Source of the DNA: Candidatus Azobacteroides sp.
GTDB taxonomy: Bacteria > Bacteroidota > Bacteroidia > Bacteroidales > WRGA01
DNA length: 64,000 bases
Assembly: GCA_009787405.1 (NCBI GenBank)
Contig: WRGA01000119.1
Coordinates: forward strand, 328 to 64,327
Direction of reading: 5' to 3'
Position numbers and translations under genes: made by a program. The notes under the pieces were generated by a model. The model had not been told where the DNA came from, made no database searches, and saw only the letters and a program-made list of their open reading frames with translations. The first letter of the stretch is position 1, and each line of letters begins with the position of its first letter. This document shows positions 45,230 to 54,940 of the stretch, piece by piece.

Positions 45230-46003
45230 ATGAGGAAGCAAGAATTGCCGGAACCCCGAAAGACATTGTTTGTCGACTCCGGAGATGCTGATATTTATTG
45301 TGAATTGTTCGGTATTGAAAGTAATCGGACAATGGTTTTGCTGCACGGGAACGGGGAGGATTTGCATTATTTTGATCCGCAAATTTCTTGTTTCTCATCG
45401 AATTATAACATTGTGGCCATTGATAGTCGCGGGCACGGACGGTCGACGCGCGGAACAAAATCGCTTGATTTTTCGACCATGACGAAAGATGTGCTGAATG
45501 TTTTAAATACGCTTCAAATCGATAAAGCACATCTTTTGGGATTCAGCGACGGGGCTAATTTAGCATTGTATTTGGCATTGTCGGCTCCCGACCGGTTTTT
45601 TTCCATAATTTTGACGGGTGCCAATTATCGTCCGGAAGGACTTTTGCCATCGGTTCGTGCATCTATTTATTTGACGTATGCCGGGTTGATTTTCAAGTCT
45701 TTTTTTTCGAAAAAATATATTCTTAAGAAAGAAATTTGTGAGTTGATGGTATATCATCCGAATTTAACGATAACCGAAATTTCCCGCATCAATATTCCGA
45801 CGTTGGTAATGACAGGAGAACATGATATGGTGAGTCAAACGCACAATGATGAAATCAGTCGTGCCGTTTCCGGTTCCGAACGGATTATTGTTCCGAACGG
45901 AGATCATTTTTTATCTTCGAAAATGCCGGAAACGTTTAACCGGATAATCGGCGATTTTCTTTCCCGGGTTGATAATGATTCCGGTGTTTTGACCGGTAAT
46001 TAG
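45230..46003 (+). CDS. alpha/beta-fold hydrolase
   Basis: It carries HGNGEDL, the nucleophile elbow GFSDGAN, and the late acid and His blocks (GEHDMV, GDHF). Confidence 0.8.
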   Translation: MRKQELPEPRKTLFVDSGDADIYCELFGIESNRTMVLLHGNGEDLHYFDPQISCFSSNYNIVAIDSRGHGRSTRGTKSLDFSTMTKDVLNVLNTLQIDKAHLLGFSDGANLALYLALSAPDRFFSIILTGANYRPEGLLPSVRASIYLTYAGLIFKSFFSKKYILKKEICELMVYHPNLTITEISRINIPTLVMTGEHDMVSQTHNDEISRAVSGSERIIVPNGDHFLSSKMPETFNRIIGDFLSRVDNDSGVLTGN

Positions 46004-46202
46004 TTTTTGATCTCTTATGTTTTGCATTCGGAATAAATAAATCATATAAAACTAAGTACATGGAATTTAATGTCTATTATTTTAAACGCGAAGACGAAAA
46101 GACACAAAATCTCAAAAAATTTAAACTTTGCATCTTTCCGTCTTTGCGACTTAGTGTTTAAAATATTGTTTTTTGCGACATACTTAATCATCAATAATCA
46201 AA

Positions 46203-48644
46203 ATGAAAATGAAAATACTGATCATAGGCGGAGTGGCCGGAGGTGCGGCGGCTGCCGCAAGACTTCGCAGGTTGGACGAACATGCGGAGATTATTTTGTT
46301 TGAGCGGGGAGAGTATATTTCGTACGCCAATTGCGGATTGCCTTATTATATCGGCGGAACGATTAATGAACGGGATCGGCTGTTTGTTCAAACAGTCGAA
46401 GGATTTACCGGTCGGTTTAAGATCGATGTCCGGATTCGGTCGGAAGTAACGGCTGTTCATCCGGACCATAAAACGGTTACGGTTCGGGACACGGCATCGG
46501 GAAAGACGTATGACGAATCGTACGACAAATTGGTGATTGCCGTCGGTGCGGAACCGGTTCGTCCGGCTCTTCCGGGTATCGCCGGCAAACGGATTTTTAC
46601 GCTTCGAAGTGTTTCCGATGCCGATGCGATCAAAAAATTCATTGATGATCACAAACCGAAAAAAGCGGTAGTTGCCGGAGGCGGGTTCATCGGCTTGGAA
46701 ATGGCCGAAAATCTGCATGATGCGGGCTTGAGCGTCGATGTCGTGGAAATGGCCGATCAGGTGATGGCGCCGTTGGATTTTTCGATGGCGGCCATCGTTC
46801 ACCATCATTTGATCTCCAAAAATATCGGATTGCATTTGAAAGAAAAGATAACCGGATTTTCGGAAACGGAAGCGGGTCTTGAAATTCAATTGGAAAGCAA
46901 AAAAGAATTGTTCGCCGATATGGTAATCTGGAGTATCGGCGTGCGTCCCGAAATTCGTTTGGCGGAAGAAGCCGGACTTACGATCGGAACGCTCGGCGGT
47001 ATTGCGGTCAATGAATATATGCAAACGTCCGATCCCGATATTTATGCGGCAGGCGATGCTGTCGAGGTATTGAATCCGGCAATCGGAAAACCTGCTCTGA
47101 TTCCGTTGGCCGGCCCTGCCGGGAAACAGGCGCGTATCGTTGCGAATAATATTGTCGAGGGAAATAAATATACATACAACGGTACGATCGGAACTTCCGT
47201 TGTTAAAGTGTTTGATTTGACGATTGCAACGGCAGGCGTTTCTTCGAAAGTATTGAAAAAGAATGATGTGCCGTATCTGTCGTCATATACGCACGTGGTT
47301 TCTCATGCCGGATATTATCCCGGCGCCGTGCCGATTTCGATCAAGATTATTTTTGCTCCCGGAACAGGCCGGCTGTTGGGGGCGCAAGTCATTGGTTTTG
47401 ACGGTGTCGACAAACGCATCGAGATGTTGGCGCAAGTGATTCAACGAAAAGGAACGACCGGTGATTTGACGGAAATGGAACAAGCGTATGCGCCGCCTTA
47501 TTCTTCGTCGAAGGATCCGGTGAATATGGCCGGGTTTGTTGCCGACAATATTTTGTCCGGAAAAATGAAAATCATTCATTGGCGCGAAATCGACCGGCTT
47601 GATCCGGAAAAAGATTTTCTGCTGGATGTGAGGACAGAGCAGGAATTTAGATTGAACCACATCTGTGGAGCGGTTCATATTCCGGTGGATGAATTGAGAA
47701 GCCGTTTGAATGATTTGCCGCGCAATAAACGTATCATTGTGTATTGTGCCGTCGGGTTACGCGGTTATCTGGCGTGCCGGATATTGTCGCAAAACGGATT
47801 CGATGAGGTTTATAATTTGTCGGGCGGATTTAAAACGTGGTCTGAAGCGACCGGGAATAATGAATTATTTCAAAAGAAAGAAAATCGACGGGAAAATATG
47901 AAAGAGACAGCCGTAAGTAATACGATTTTTGTTGATGCCTGCGGGTTGGCATGTCCGGGACCGATTATGCAACTGAAAAAACATTATGACGGGTTAAAGG
48001 TCGGAGAACATTTGGAGATCAAAGCCACCGATCAAGCTTTTGTCAAGGATGCGGAAGCGTGGTGCAATATGACCGGCGCCAAACTGATCGGAATTGAAAA
48101 TCAAAGAGGTGTTGTGTCTGTTATGATCGAGAAATCGGAAAAGACAGAAGTTTCCGGTTCAACCGGTTTGGTCGGAGATCACAAAACCATTATTGTTTTC
48201 AGTGACGATTTAGACAAGGCTTTGGCGTCATTTGTCATTGCAAACGGTATTGCGGCGACCGGCAAGAAAGTCAGCATGTTTTTCACATTTTGGGGATTGA
48301 GTGTGATTAAAAAAGCGGAAAAACCTTCCGTATCCAAAGATTTTTTCGGAAAAATGTTCGGATGGATGCTTCCTTCAAGCAGCAAAAAATTGGGCTTGTC
48401 GAAATGGAACATGGGCGGATTGGGCAGTTTCATGATGCGCACCATCATGAAAAGGAAAAATATCGAAAGCTTGGAAACCCTTATCCGGCAAGCTGCCGAA
48501 GCCGGTGTGGAAATGATTGCCTGCACGATGTCGATGGATGTAATGGGAGTGAAAAAAGAGGAACTGAGAGACCATGTCAGCTTGGGAGGCGTGGCCGTTT
48601 ATTTGGAGCGGGCCGAATCGGCGAATATGAACCTGTTTATTTGA
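46203..48644 (+). CDS. CoA-disulfide/persulfide reductase-like flavoprotein fused to rhodanese, TusA-like and DsrE-like domains
   Basis: FAD-binding GGVAGGAAAAARL is followed by the redox Cys in SYANCGLPYY and a second Rossmann motif (VAGGGFIGLE). The rhodanese Cys is in VYCAVGLRGY. The TusA motif is DACGLACPGP. The DsrE-like C-terminus reads IIVFSDDLDKALASFVIANG...MIACTMSMDVMG. Confidence 0.85.
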   Translation: MKMKILIIGGVAGGAAAAARLRRLDEHAEIILFERGEYISYANCGLPYYIGGTINERDRLFVQTVEGFTGRFKIDVRIRSEVTAVHPDHKTVTVRDTASGKTYDESYDKLVIAVGAEPVRPALPGIAGKRIFTLRSVSDADAIKKFIDDHKPKKAVVAGGGFIGLEMAENLHDAGLSVDVVEMADQVMAPLDFSMAAIVHHHLISKNIGLHLKEKITGFSETEAGLEIQLESKKELFADMVIWSIGVRPEIRLAEEAGLTIGTLGGIAVNEYMQTSDPDIYAAGDAVEVLNPAIGKPALIPLAGPAGKQARIVANNIVEGNKYTYNGTIGTSVVKVFDLTIATAGVSSKVLKKNDVPYLSSYTHVVSHAGYYPGAVPISIKIIFAPGTGRLLGAQVIGFDGVDKRIEMLAQVIQRKGTTGDLTEMEQAYAPPYSSSKDPVNMAGFVADNILSGKMKIIHWREIDRLDPEKDFLLDVRTEQEFRLNHICGAVHIPVDELRSRLNDLPRNKRIIVYCAVGLRGYLACRILSQNGFDEVYNLSGGFKTWSEATGNNELFQKKENRRENMKETAVSNTIFVDACGLACPGPIMQLKKHYDGLKVGEHLEIKATDQAFVKDAEAWCNMTGAKLIGIENQRGVVSVMIEKSEKTEVSGSTGLVGDHKTIIVFSDDLDKALASFVIANGIAATGKKVSMFFTFWGLSVIKKAEKPSVSKDFFGKMFGWMLPSSSKKLGLSKWNMGGLGSFMMRTIMKRKNIESLETLIRQAAEAGVEMIACTMSMDVMGVKKEELRDHVSLGGVAVYLERAESANMNLFI

Positions 48645-49866
48645 TCTCCCGTAAATAACAGAAATAATACTTTTTCGCTTCTTTCGATAACAGCGAAATG
48701 TTGAACATGTCGGAGGCTTCCGAAATGTCTTTTACGCTGCCGTCGTTGAAAAATATGCCGATCCGGTCGTCGTCGGGGTTGTACATGTTGGTGGAAACAG
48801 TGTCGGTGCTGACAAAATATGCGGCATCTTTTTCGGGGATGTTCAGCTTGAACGCGAAATCGGAAATATAGTGTTGTTTTCGGTGGACGTCGAACGGTTT
48901 CGGGCTGATTTCTATTTTGAAAAGCAACCGGTTGATCATGCACCGGCTCAGGATGGAGAGGACTTTGTCGGAATGATTGCACCAGACTTTCAGTGCGCTC
49001 CAGATATCGGTGTCGTCCAACAGGGCAAAATGATGCAAAGCCTCCCCGTCCTTTTCAAAGTCGGATCGGGTAATATCGTTATATAAAAAATAACGGAGGG
49101 CAGGCGACGCAAATAATTCCGTGCCTTTCGAGGCCAATTCTTTGGCGCGCGACAACGTATTGACCATTACTTTTTCGGCGGCGACGGCGGTTTTGTGCAA
49201 ATATACCTGCCAATACATCAGGCGGCGGGCGGTGAGAAAATTCTCGATCGAATAAATGCCTTTTGCTTCGACGACCAGCTTGTCGTCTTTCACGTTCAAC
49301 ATTTTGATGATGCGGGCTGAACCGATGTTTCCTTCCGTAACGCCGGTAAAAAAACTGTCGCGGCGCAAATAATCCAGCCGGTCCATATCCAATTGCCCGC
49401 TCACCAGTTGATGGAGAAACTGTTTCGGATACCGGTCGTTGAAAATCTGCAATGTCAGATCCAGTTTTCCGCCGGTTTCTTCGTTAATGACCTCCATCAT
49501 GTATTGAGACACAACTTCGTGCGGGATGTTTTTGACCAGCGTATATTCCAGTACATGTGAAAACGGCCCGTGTCCGACGTCGTGCAGCAAAATGGCGGCG
49601 GAAACTCCCTCGGCTTCTTCATCGGAAATGAAATTCCCTTTGGCGCGTAAGGTGGCGACCGTCTCATTCATCAAATACATGGTGCCTAATGAATGCTGAA
49701 AACGGGTATGTTGCGCACCCGGATACACAAAGGACGCGAGTCCTAATTGCTTGATTCTTCCGAGTCGTTGAAAATAAGGATGTTGAATCAGTTGAAAAAG
49801 CAATTCGGAAGGAATATTAATGAATCCGAAAACCGGATCGTTGATTATTTTTCGTTTGTTATACAT
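48637..49866 (-). CDS. HD-domain phosphohydrolase
   Basis: I used the start MYNKRKIINDPVFGFINI. The motifs are TRFQHSLGTMYL and LLHDVGHGPFSH. Confidence 0.85.
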   Translation of the reverse strand: MYNKRKIINDPVFGFINIPSELLFQLIQHPYFQRLGRIKQLGLASFVYPGAQHTRFQHSLGTMYLMNETVATLRAKGNFISDEEAEGVSAAILLHDVGHGPFSHVLEYTLVKNIPHEVVSQYMMEVINEETGGKLDLTLQIFNDRYPKQFLHQLVSGQLDMDRLDYLRRDSFFTGVTEGNIGSARIIKMLNVKDDKLVVEAKGIYSIENFLTARRLMYWQVYLHKTAVAAEKVMVNTLSRAKELASKGTELFASPALRYFLYNDITRSDFEKDGEALHHFALLDDTDIWSALKVWCNHSDKVLSILSRCMINRLLFKIEISPKPFDVHRKQHYISDFAFKLNIPEKDAAYFVSTDTVSTNMYNPDDDRIGIFFNDGSVKDISEASDMFNISLLSKEAKKYYFCYLREIK

Positions 49867-49951
49867 GATTTGCTTATGGTTAAAAAGAGAACAAATATAG
49901 AACAAATATAATGAGAGACGATTTAAAATTCAAAATGTTAAACAATCTTTT

Positions 49952-49959
49952 TATCTTTG
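49952..49959 (+). promoter_or_regulatory. TAnnTTTG box (TATCTTTG) upstream of 50007..50561
   Basis: This is an exact motif match, about 48 nt before the ATG. Confidence 0.35.
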
Positions 49960-50006
49960 CATGGAAAAACGGTCAGATACAATCCTTTTTGTTTAGTTGA
50001 CGGAAC

Positions 50007-50561
50007 ATGCAAGATACCAACAAGCAGTTTGAACATGTGATTTCGATTTGCAGAGATTTGTTTGCGAAAAAATCGAAAGATTACGGCCCGTCGTGGCGCA
50101 TCATGCGTCCCGAATCCATCACCGATCAGATTTTTATCAAAGCCAACCGGATTCGCAGTCTGGAAACCAAAGAAAAATCGATGATCGACGAAGGAATACG
50201 CGCCGAATTTATCGCAATCGTCAATTACGGGGTGATCGGGTTGATTCAACTCGAAAAAGGATATGCCGACACCGCCGATATGTCGGAAGAAGAGGTGTTG
50301 AAGTTGTATGACAAGCATATTACCGCGACCAAGGAATTGATGTATGCCAAAAATCACGATTATGACGAAGCGTGGCGTAGCATGCGCATCAGTTCGTATA
50401 CCGATTTCATTTTGATGAAAATATACCGTGCCAAGCAAATTGAAGCAAACAAAGGGAAAACGCTGGTGTCGGAAGGTATCGACGCCAATTATATGGATAT
50501 GATTAATTATGCGCTTTTCGCTCTGATAAAATTGGAATACGGTGAATCAGACGGGAAATGA
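50007..50561 (+). CDS. DUF1599-like protein (internal two-fold repeat)
   Basis: It has two homologous halves (DYGPSWRIMRPESITDQIFIKANRIRSLE and DYDEAWRSMRISSYTDFILMKIYRAKQIE). The family name is from memory. Confidence 0.6.
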   Translation: MQDTNKQFEHVISICRDLFAKKSKDYGPSWRIMRPESITDQIFIKANRIRSLETKEKSMIDEGIRAEFIAIVNYGVIGLIQLEKGYADTADMSEEEVLKLYDKHITATKELMYAKNHDYDEAWRSMRISSYTDFILMKIYRAKQIEANKGKTLVSEGIDANYMDMINYALFALIKLEYGESDGK

Positions 50562-50629
50562 AAGTGATGCCGGTCGGGGTGAGAATCAAACATGTTCCGG
50601 TCGGAATATAAAAAATAAAAAATAAATAC

Positions 50630-51928
50630 ATGAAAAAGATTATTTCTCCGAAAGTAAGACCGATCCTGATTCTTGTTTTTCAAGTGTTGACAGGCGCGAC
50701 GTTTATTTTTTCCGGATTCGTGAAGGCGGTCGATCCGGTGGGTTTTGCCATTAAAATCCAAGATTACCTGACATCGTTCGGCGCGGATATTTTTATTCCT
50801 ATGGCGTTTCCTGTTGCCGTTGTCTTGTCGACGTTGGAATTTCTGCTGGGAATTAACATGCTGTTGGGGATGCACGTGAAAACGACGTATATCCTGACCT
50901 TGATTTTCATGGCGGTGATGACGCCGTTGACGTTTTATCTGGCATTGTTTAACCCCGTGAGCGACTGCGGATGTTTCGGCGAAGCATTGATCATCAGCAA
51001 TTGGGCTACATTCTGGAAAAATATCGTGCTTTCGGCGATGGTGATTTTCGTGTTTATTTTCCGGAAAAACGTCAAATCGCCGTATTCCGAAAAAACACAA
51101 TGGCTGACCAGCTTTTCCTCCATTATTTTCATTGTCGGAATTGCTTTGATCGGGTACCGGCATTTGCCGATTTTGGATTTTCGTCCGTATAAAATCGGAA
51201 CGAACATTCCCGAAGCGATGAAACTTCCCGAAGGCGCCCCGCAAGATGAGTATCAATCGGTTTATATTTATAAGAAAAACGGTGTCGAGAAAAAATTCGA
51301 CCGCTTGGAAGATGCGCCTGTGGGCGACAGTACATGGACTTTTGTCGATGCCGGACATACGTTGATCAAAAAAGGCGCTCAACCGCTTATTCATGATTTT
51401 TCCATTGTGGAAGCCGATACCGATGAGGACATTACCGATGATGTTTTACATTCCGACCGGTATATTTTCTTGCTGATTTCGGAAGATTTGAGAAAGGCAA
51501 ACATCGATCATATTGATAACATCAACGATATTTACGATTATGCCAAGGAAAACGGTTACGGCTTTTATTGCCTGACGGCAAGCACTCCCGAACAGATTTC
51601 GCGTTGGGCGAACTTCACCGGCGCCGAATATCCGTTTTGCAAAACCGACGAAACGACGTTGAAGACGATTCTCCGTTCCAATCCCGGACTGATGTTGATT
51701 AAAAACGGAACCATCTACAATAAATGGCATTACAACGATTTCCCCGATGAAAGCGAATTGCGGCTCGAACCGCTGGATAAATCGCCGTTGGGACAAATCG
51801 CCACGCCTCACCCCAAATCCGTGATTCTGATGGTCAGTATTTCTTTTGTCGTCCTGTTGTTGCTGGTTTTCGGGTTAGATAAGCTGGCATTGTATATTTC
51901 CGCAAGAAGAAGAAAGACGCCGATTTGA
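50630..51928 (+). CDS. DoxX/MauE-like membrane domain fused to a soluble C-terminal domain (conserved Bacteroidetes family)
   Basis: It has several N-terminal TM helices with a CGCFG motif, a hydrophilic C-terminal domain and a final TM segment. It sits next to DUF1599, as in other Bacteroidetes. Confidence 0.6.
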   Translation: MKKIISPKVRPILILVFQVLTGATFIFSGFVKAVDPVGFAIKIQDYLTSFGADIFIPMAFPVAVVLSTLEFLLGINMLLGMHVKTTYILTLIFMAVMTPLTFYLALFNPVSDCGCFGEALIISNWATFWKNIVLSAMVIFVFIFRKNVKSPYSEKTQWLTSFSSIIFIVGIALIGYRHLPILDFRPYKIGTNIPEAMKLPEGAPQDEYQSVYIYKKNGVEKKFDRLEDAPVGDSTWTFVDAGHTLIKKGAQPLIHDFSIVEADTDEDITDDVLHSDRYIFLLISEDLRKANIDHIDNINDIYDYAKENGYGFYCLTASTPEQISRWANFTGAEYPFCKTDETTLKTILRSNPGLMLIKNGTIYNKWHYNDFPDESELRLEPLDKSPLGQIATPHPKSVILMVSISFVVLLLLVFGLDKLALYISARRRKTPI

Positions 51929-51991
51929 GCCGTTGAATTAAACATAAACCGGTGGTCTGACAACAAAATTATACGGAACCGAGAATTATGC

Positions 51992-52223
51992 TTGCGTCAA
52001 TATTCAAGTTTTGATGCATTTTACGAACTGCCTGCAATGGCTGTCAGCGAGGTAACTTCTGCCGGCAAAGCGGATTTTACCGTTGATAGCAAGTATGTTT
52101 TTGAAGTCGGCGGCAAAAACAAAGGGTACGAACAGATTGCAGGTTTGCAAAATGCTTATTTGACGTTTGGAATACGGCTTTGGCAACAAAGTTCCGCTTT
52201 GGTTGTTCGGAATGTTATACTGA
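51992..52223 (+). pseudogene. C-terminal remnant of an AAA+ ATPase (DUF4143-type), frameshifted
   Basis: One frame reads ...KADFTVDSKYVFEVGGKNKGYEQIAGLQNAYL. The canonical tail RLEYGFGNKVPLWLFGMLY* is in a second frame and ends at 52223. Confidence 0.6.
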
Positions 52224-52330
52224 ATCCCAAAAAGCATAAACTGTAAGCGACAATGATTATATTTATCTCGTCAAAAAAATAACTCTTTCAAAAATTACAA
52301 ATTAATATTAATCTTTAAAATTTTTAGGTG

Positions 52331-52777
52331 ATGAAGAAGATGATTTTAACATTCGCATTATTCGGAGCTTTGTTTTTCACGGCAAATTCGGTTTCGGCAA
52401 GAGGTATTATCGTCTACAGTAACGGCGAAAAAATTGAAGTAGTGAAAAACCTTCCCGATAGTGTAATTATTGACGGCAAACACGTCAATCTTGGCGTAAT
52501 GTACAAACAATTTTCTGTTTTTTGGATTCCGATGTGGAATTACGGGGAAACTAAATCCGTGTTAGTCAACGATAAAGAAGACATTTATTACGACCTCACG
52601 GCAGAAGATGTCGAAATGCTGAAAATCGGATTTAATATTGATGTTCCCCAAGAGCCTGTTATTGGTTTTTGGAACAAAATAGGCGGAAAAATCGTTTGGG
52701 GTGTTGTGATTTTAGCGGTGATTTGCGGTTGCCTGATAACTCGCAAGGACGATAAAGAGGCGGAAGTTCCGAAATAA
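52331..52777 (+). CDS. small exported/membrane-anchored protein of unknown function
   Basis: It has a signal peptide (MKKMILTFALFGALFFTANSVSA) and a C-terminal TM segment (IVWGVVILAVICGCLI). Confidence 0.55.
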   Translation: MKKMILTFALFGALFFTANSVSARGIIVYSNGEKIEVVKNLPDSVIIDGKHVNLGVMYKQFSVFWIPMWNYGETKSVLVNDKEDIYYDLTAEDVEMLKIGFNIDVPQEPVIGFWNKIGGKIVWGVVILAVICGCLITRKDDKEAEVPK

Positions 52778-52870
52778 AATGTGTGAAACAATGGTATGAG
52801 CAAGATTCATAATAAACATTGATTTTGCATGGAAGATACGACTGATAAAGTAAAATAAGAAGAAGATAAC

Positions 52871-54844
52871 ATGTTCCTTTTTGAATACATTTTGATATTG
52901 CTGGCTGCAGTATGCCTGTCGAACATTATGAACAGGTTTATGCCGGTTATGTCCGTACCCATCATACAAATTGCGTTGGGAGCGTTTGTAACCTTGCTGC
53001 CGTTAGGTTTTCGGCTTGAGTTGGACCCGGACTTGTTTTTTGTTTTGTTTGTTGCTCCGCTGATTTTCCGGATCAGCCTGCTGACGGACAAAAAGACCTT
53101 ATGGGCACAACGCAAACCCATACTGAATGCGAGCATTTTGTTACTTCTTATAACCATTGTCGCAGTGGGATACTTGGTCAATTTGCTGATTCCTTCCATT
53201 CCGCTTGCCGCCGCATTTGCGCTGGTTGCCGCCCTTGGACCGACCGACGACGTCGCTGTGGCATCCGTGGGGAAACGGGTGAATGTACCGCCCAAAATCA
53301 TGAACATCCTGCAGGGAGAATCCATTATCAACGATGCTTCGGGTATTGTCAGTTTTCAATTTGCCATGGCGGCAATGCTTACAGGCTCGTTTTCGCCGGT
53401 TTATGCTACAGGCCGTTTTTTTGTTGTCGCGCTGGGAGGAATCGCAGTCGGATTGTTGCTTTCGTGGTTCAAACATATTCTTATTCGTTGGATCCGCTCG
53501 CTGGGTATGGAAAATGTCACGCTGCATCTTTTGCTGAGTGTTTTGACTCCGTTTGTGATTTATTTGATTGCCGAAGGGCTTGGAGTAAGCGGTATTCTGG
53601 CTGTTTTTGCGGCAGGCATAACTCATTCGCTCAACAGGGACAAGTTTAATCCCGAAAGAGTAAATTTCAACATCGCCTCCGAAAGCGTATGGTCGATGCT
53701 GTCGTTTACATTCGAAGGCTTGGTATTCGTGATTTTAGGGACGCAACTGCCTCGAATTTTAGCCTCAATCAGTGAAAACTATTCCGTTGCCACTTGGGAA
53801 ATTATCGTTTATATCCTGCTCATTACCTTGTTGTTGTTGCTGTTACGGTTTGTCTGGTCGATTGTCGCCATTAAAAAGAAAAACTACGACGATCCCGAAC
53901 ATCCCGCCGGTCGGTTCCGTATGGGCGTCATTTTCAGTTTGTCGGGTGCGAGAGGCGCGGTGACGCTGGTGAGTGTGATGTCCATACCGTTTCTTTTGAC
54001 CAACGGTGAAGCATTTCCCGAACGCGACCTGATTATCCTGATAGCCGGCGGCGTTATCGTGATCTCACTGATTATCACGAGTTTTATCCTGCCTCTTTGT
54101 GTCGAAAAGCAATCTGTAACCGATGAATCTGCCGAAGATGAAGCTTATTCGGAAATACTTCAAAACGTGATCGTGGAACTGAAAAAGCACATGACTCCCG
54201 AAAACGAAGGGGCAACGGCTATTGTCATTGCAAATTATCACAGCCGGAGCGCAGCGTTGCAACACAAACATAACAACCGGCCTGTCAACCGCAAATACGA
54301 ACGGGAGTTGCGGATAACCACCTGCGAATGGGAAAAGGAAAACGTCATGGCAATGCTTGCACGCGGCGAAACAAGTGAATTTGTCGCGCAACAATATTTG
54401 GATATTCTGGATACACTGGTCAAAAAACTTTCAAAAAACAGATTTACTTTCAGGAAAATCAATATGAGGCTTTTTCACCGCAGTCGCCGGGTTAAAGGAA
54501 AAAAACAACGCGCTCTGCTGCGCGTCAAGCTCATCGAGCTTATGAAAGTCAATGCCCGGTTCGTGCTTGAAAAGTTAAAAGTAATGAGCCGTACCGATGA
54601 TAATCCTGCTCTCCGGAAAATAGAGGCGGATTACGAATTAAAACTGTCGATGTATCAAAAGAGGATGCATCACAGCAAGGCGGACAATGAAATTCTTACT
54701 GCTGTTGTTTCGTACGGCTTCCAGGCAGAGCGCGACAACATCCAGGCCATGTTCGAAGCCGGACGTATTTCACGGGAAACCGCGGGGGAAATGCGGCATA
54801 ATATTTCGTTATTGGAAGCGGAATTGAACAAGAATTATTTTTGA
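52871..54844 (+). CDS. Na+/H+ antiporter (CPA1/NhaP-type) with a long cytoplasmic C-terminal domain
   Basis: It has about 12 TM helices and the blocks ALGPTDDVAV and ESIINDASGIV. Length is 657 aa. Confidence 0.85.
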   Translation: MFLFEYILILLAAVCLSNIMNRFMPVMSVPIIQIALGAFVTLLPLGFRLELDPDLFFVLFVAPLIFRISLLTDKKTLWAQRKPILNASILLLLITIVAVGYLVNLLIPSIPLAAAFALVAALGPTDDVAVASVGKRVNVPPKIMNILQGESIINDASGIVSFQFAMAAMLTGSFSPVYATGRFFVVALGGIAVGLLLSWFKHILIRWIRSLGMENVTLHLLLSVLTPFVIYLIAEGLGVSGILAVFAAGITHSLNRDKFNPERVNFNIASESVWSMLSFTFEGLVFVILGTQLPRILASISENYSVATWEIIVYILLITLLLLLLRFVWSIVAIKKKNYDDPEHPAGRFRMGVIFSLSGARGAVTLVSVMSIPFLLTNGEAFPERDLIILIAGGVIVISLIITSFILPLCVEKQSVTDESAEDEAYSEILQNVIVELKKHMTPENEGATAIVIANYHSRSAALQHKHNNRPVNRKYERELRITTCEWEKENVMAMLARGETSEFVAQQYLDILDTLVKKLSKNRFTFRKINMRLFHRSRRVKGKKQRALLRVKLIELMKVNARFVLEKLKVMSRTDDNPALRKIEADYELKLSMYQKRMHHSKADNEILTAVVSYGFQAERDNIQAMFEAGRISRETAGEMRHNISLLEAELNKNYF

Positions 54845-54940
54845 TTACCGGAAAGGTATTCACATAAACAAAATAAAACATAAACTTTGTTTATTACAAT
54901 ATGCAATTTGACAGATTAGATAAAAAATATTGAAAATGAT

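Noticed and set aside
46191-47024. 277-aa ORF antisense to the CoADR-fusion gene
   Set aside because: It lies entirely inside a gene with clear FAD/NAD-binding motifs on the other strand. Its translation is Arg/Phe/His-rich and low in complexity with no recognisable domain, so it is a shadow ORF.
50507-51394. 295-aa minus-strand ORF overlapping DUF1599 and the DoxX-like gene
   Set aside because: It overlaps two plus-strand genes that have sensible membrane and domain features. Its translation is R/H/N/Q-rich without structure.
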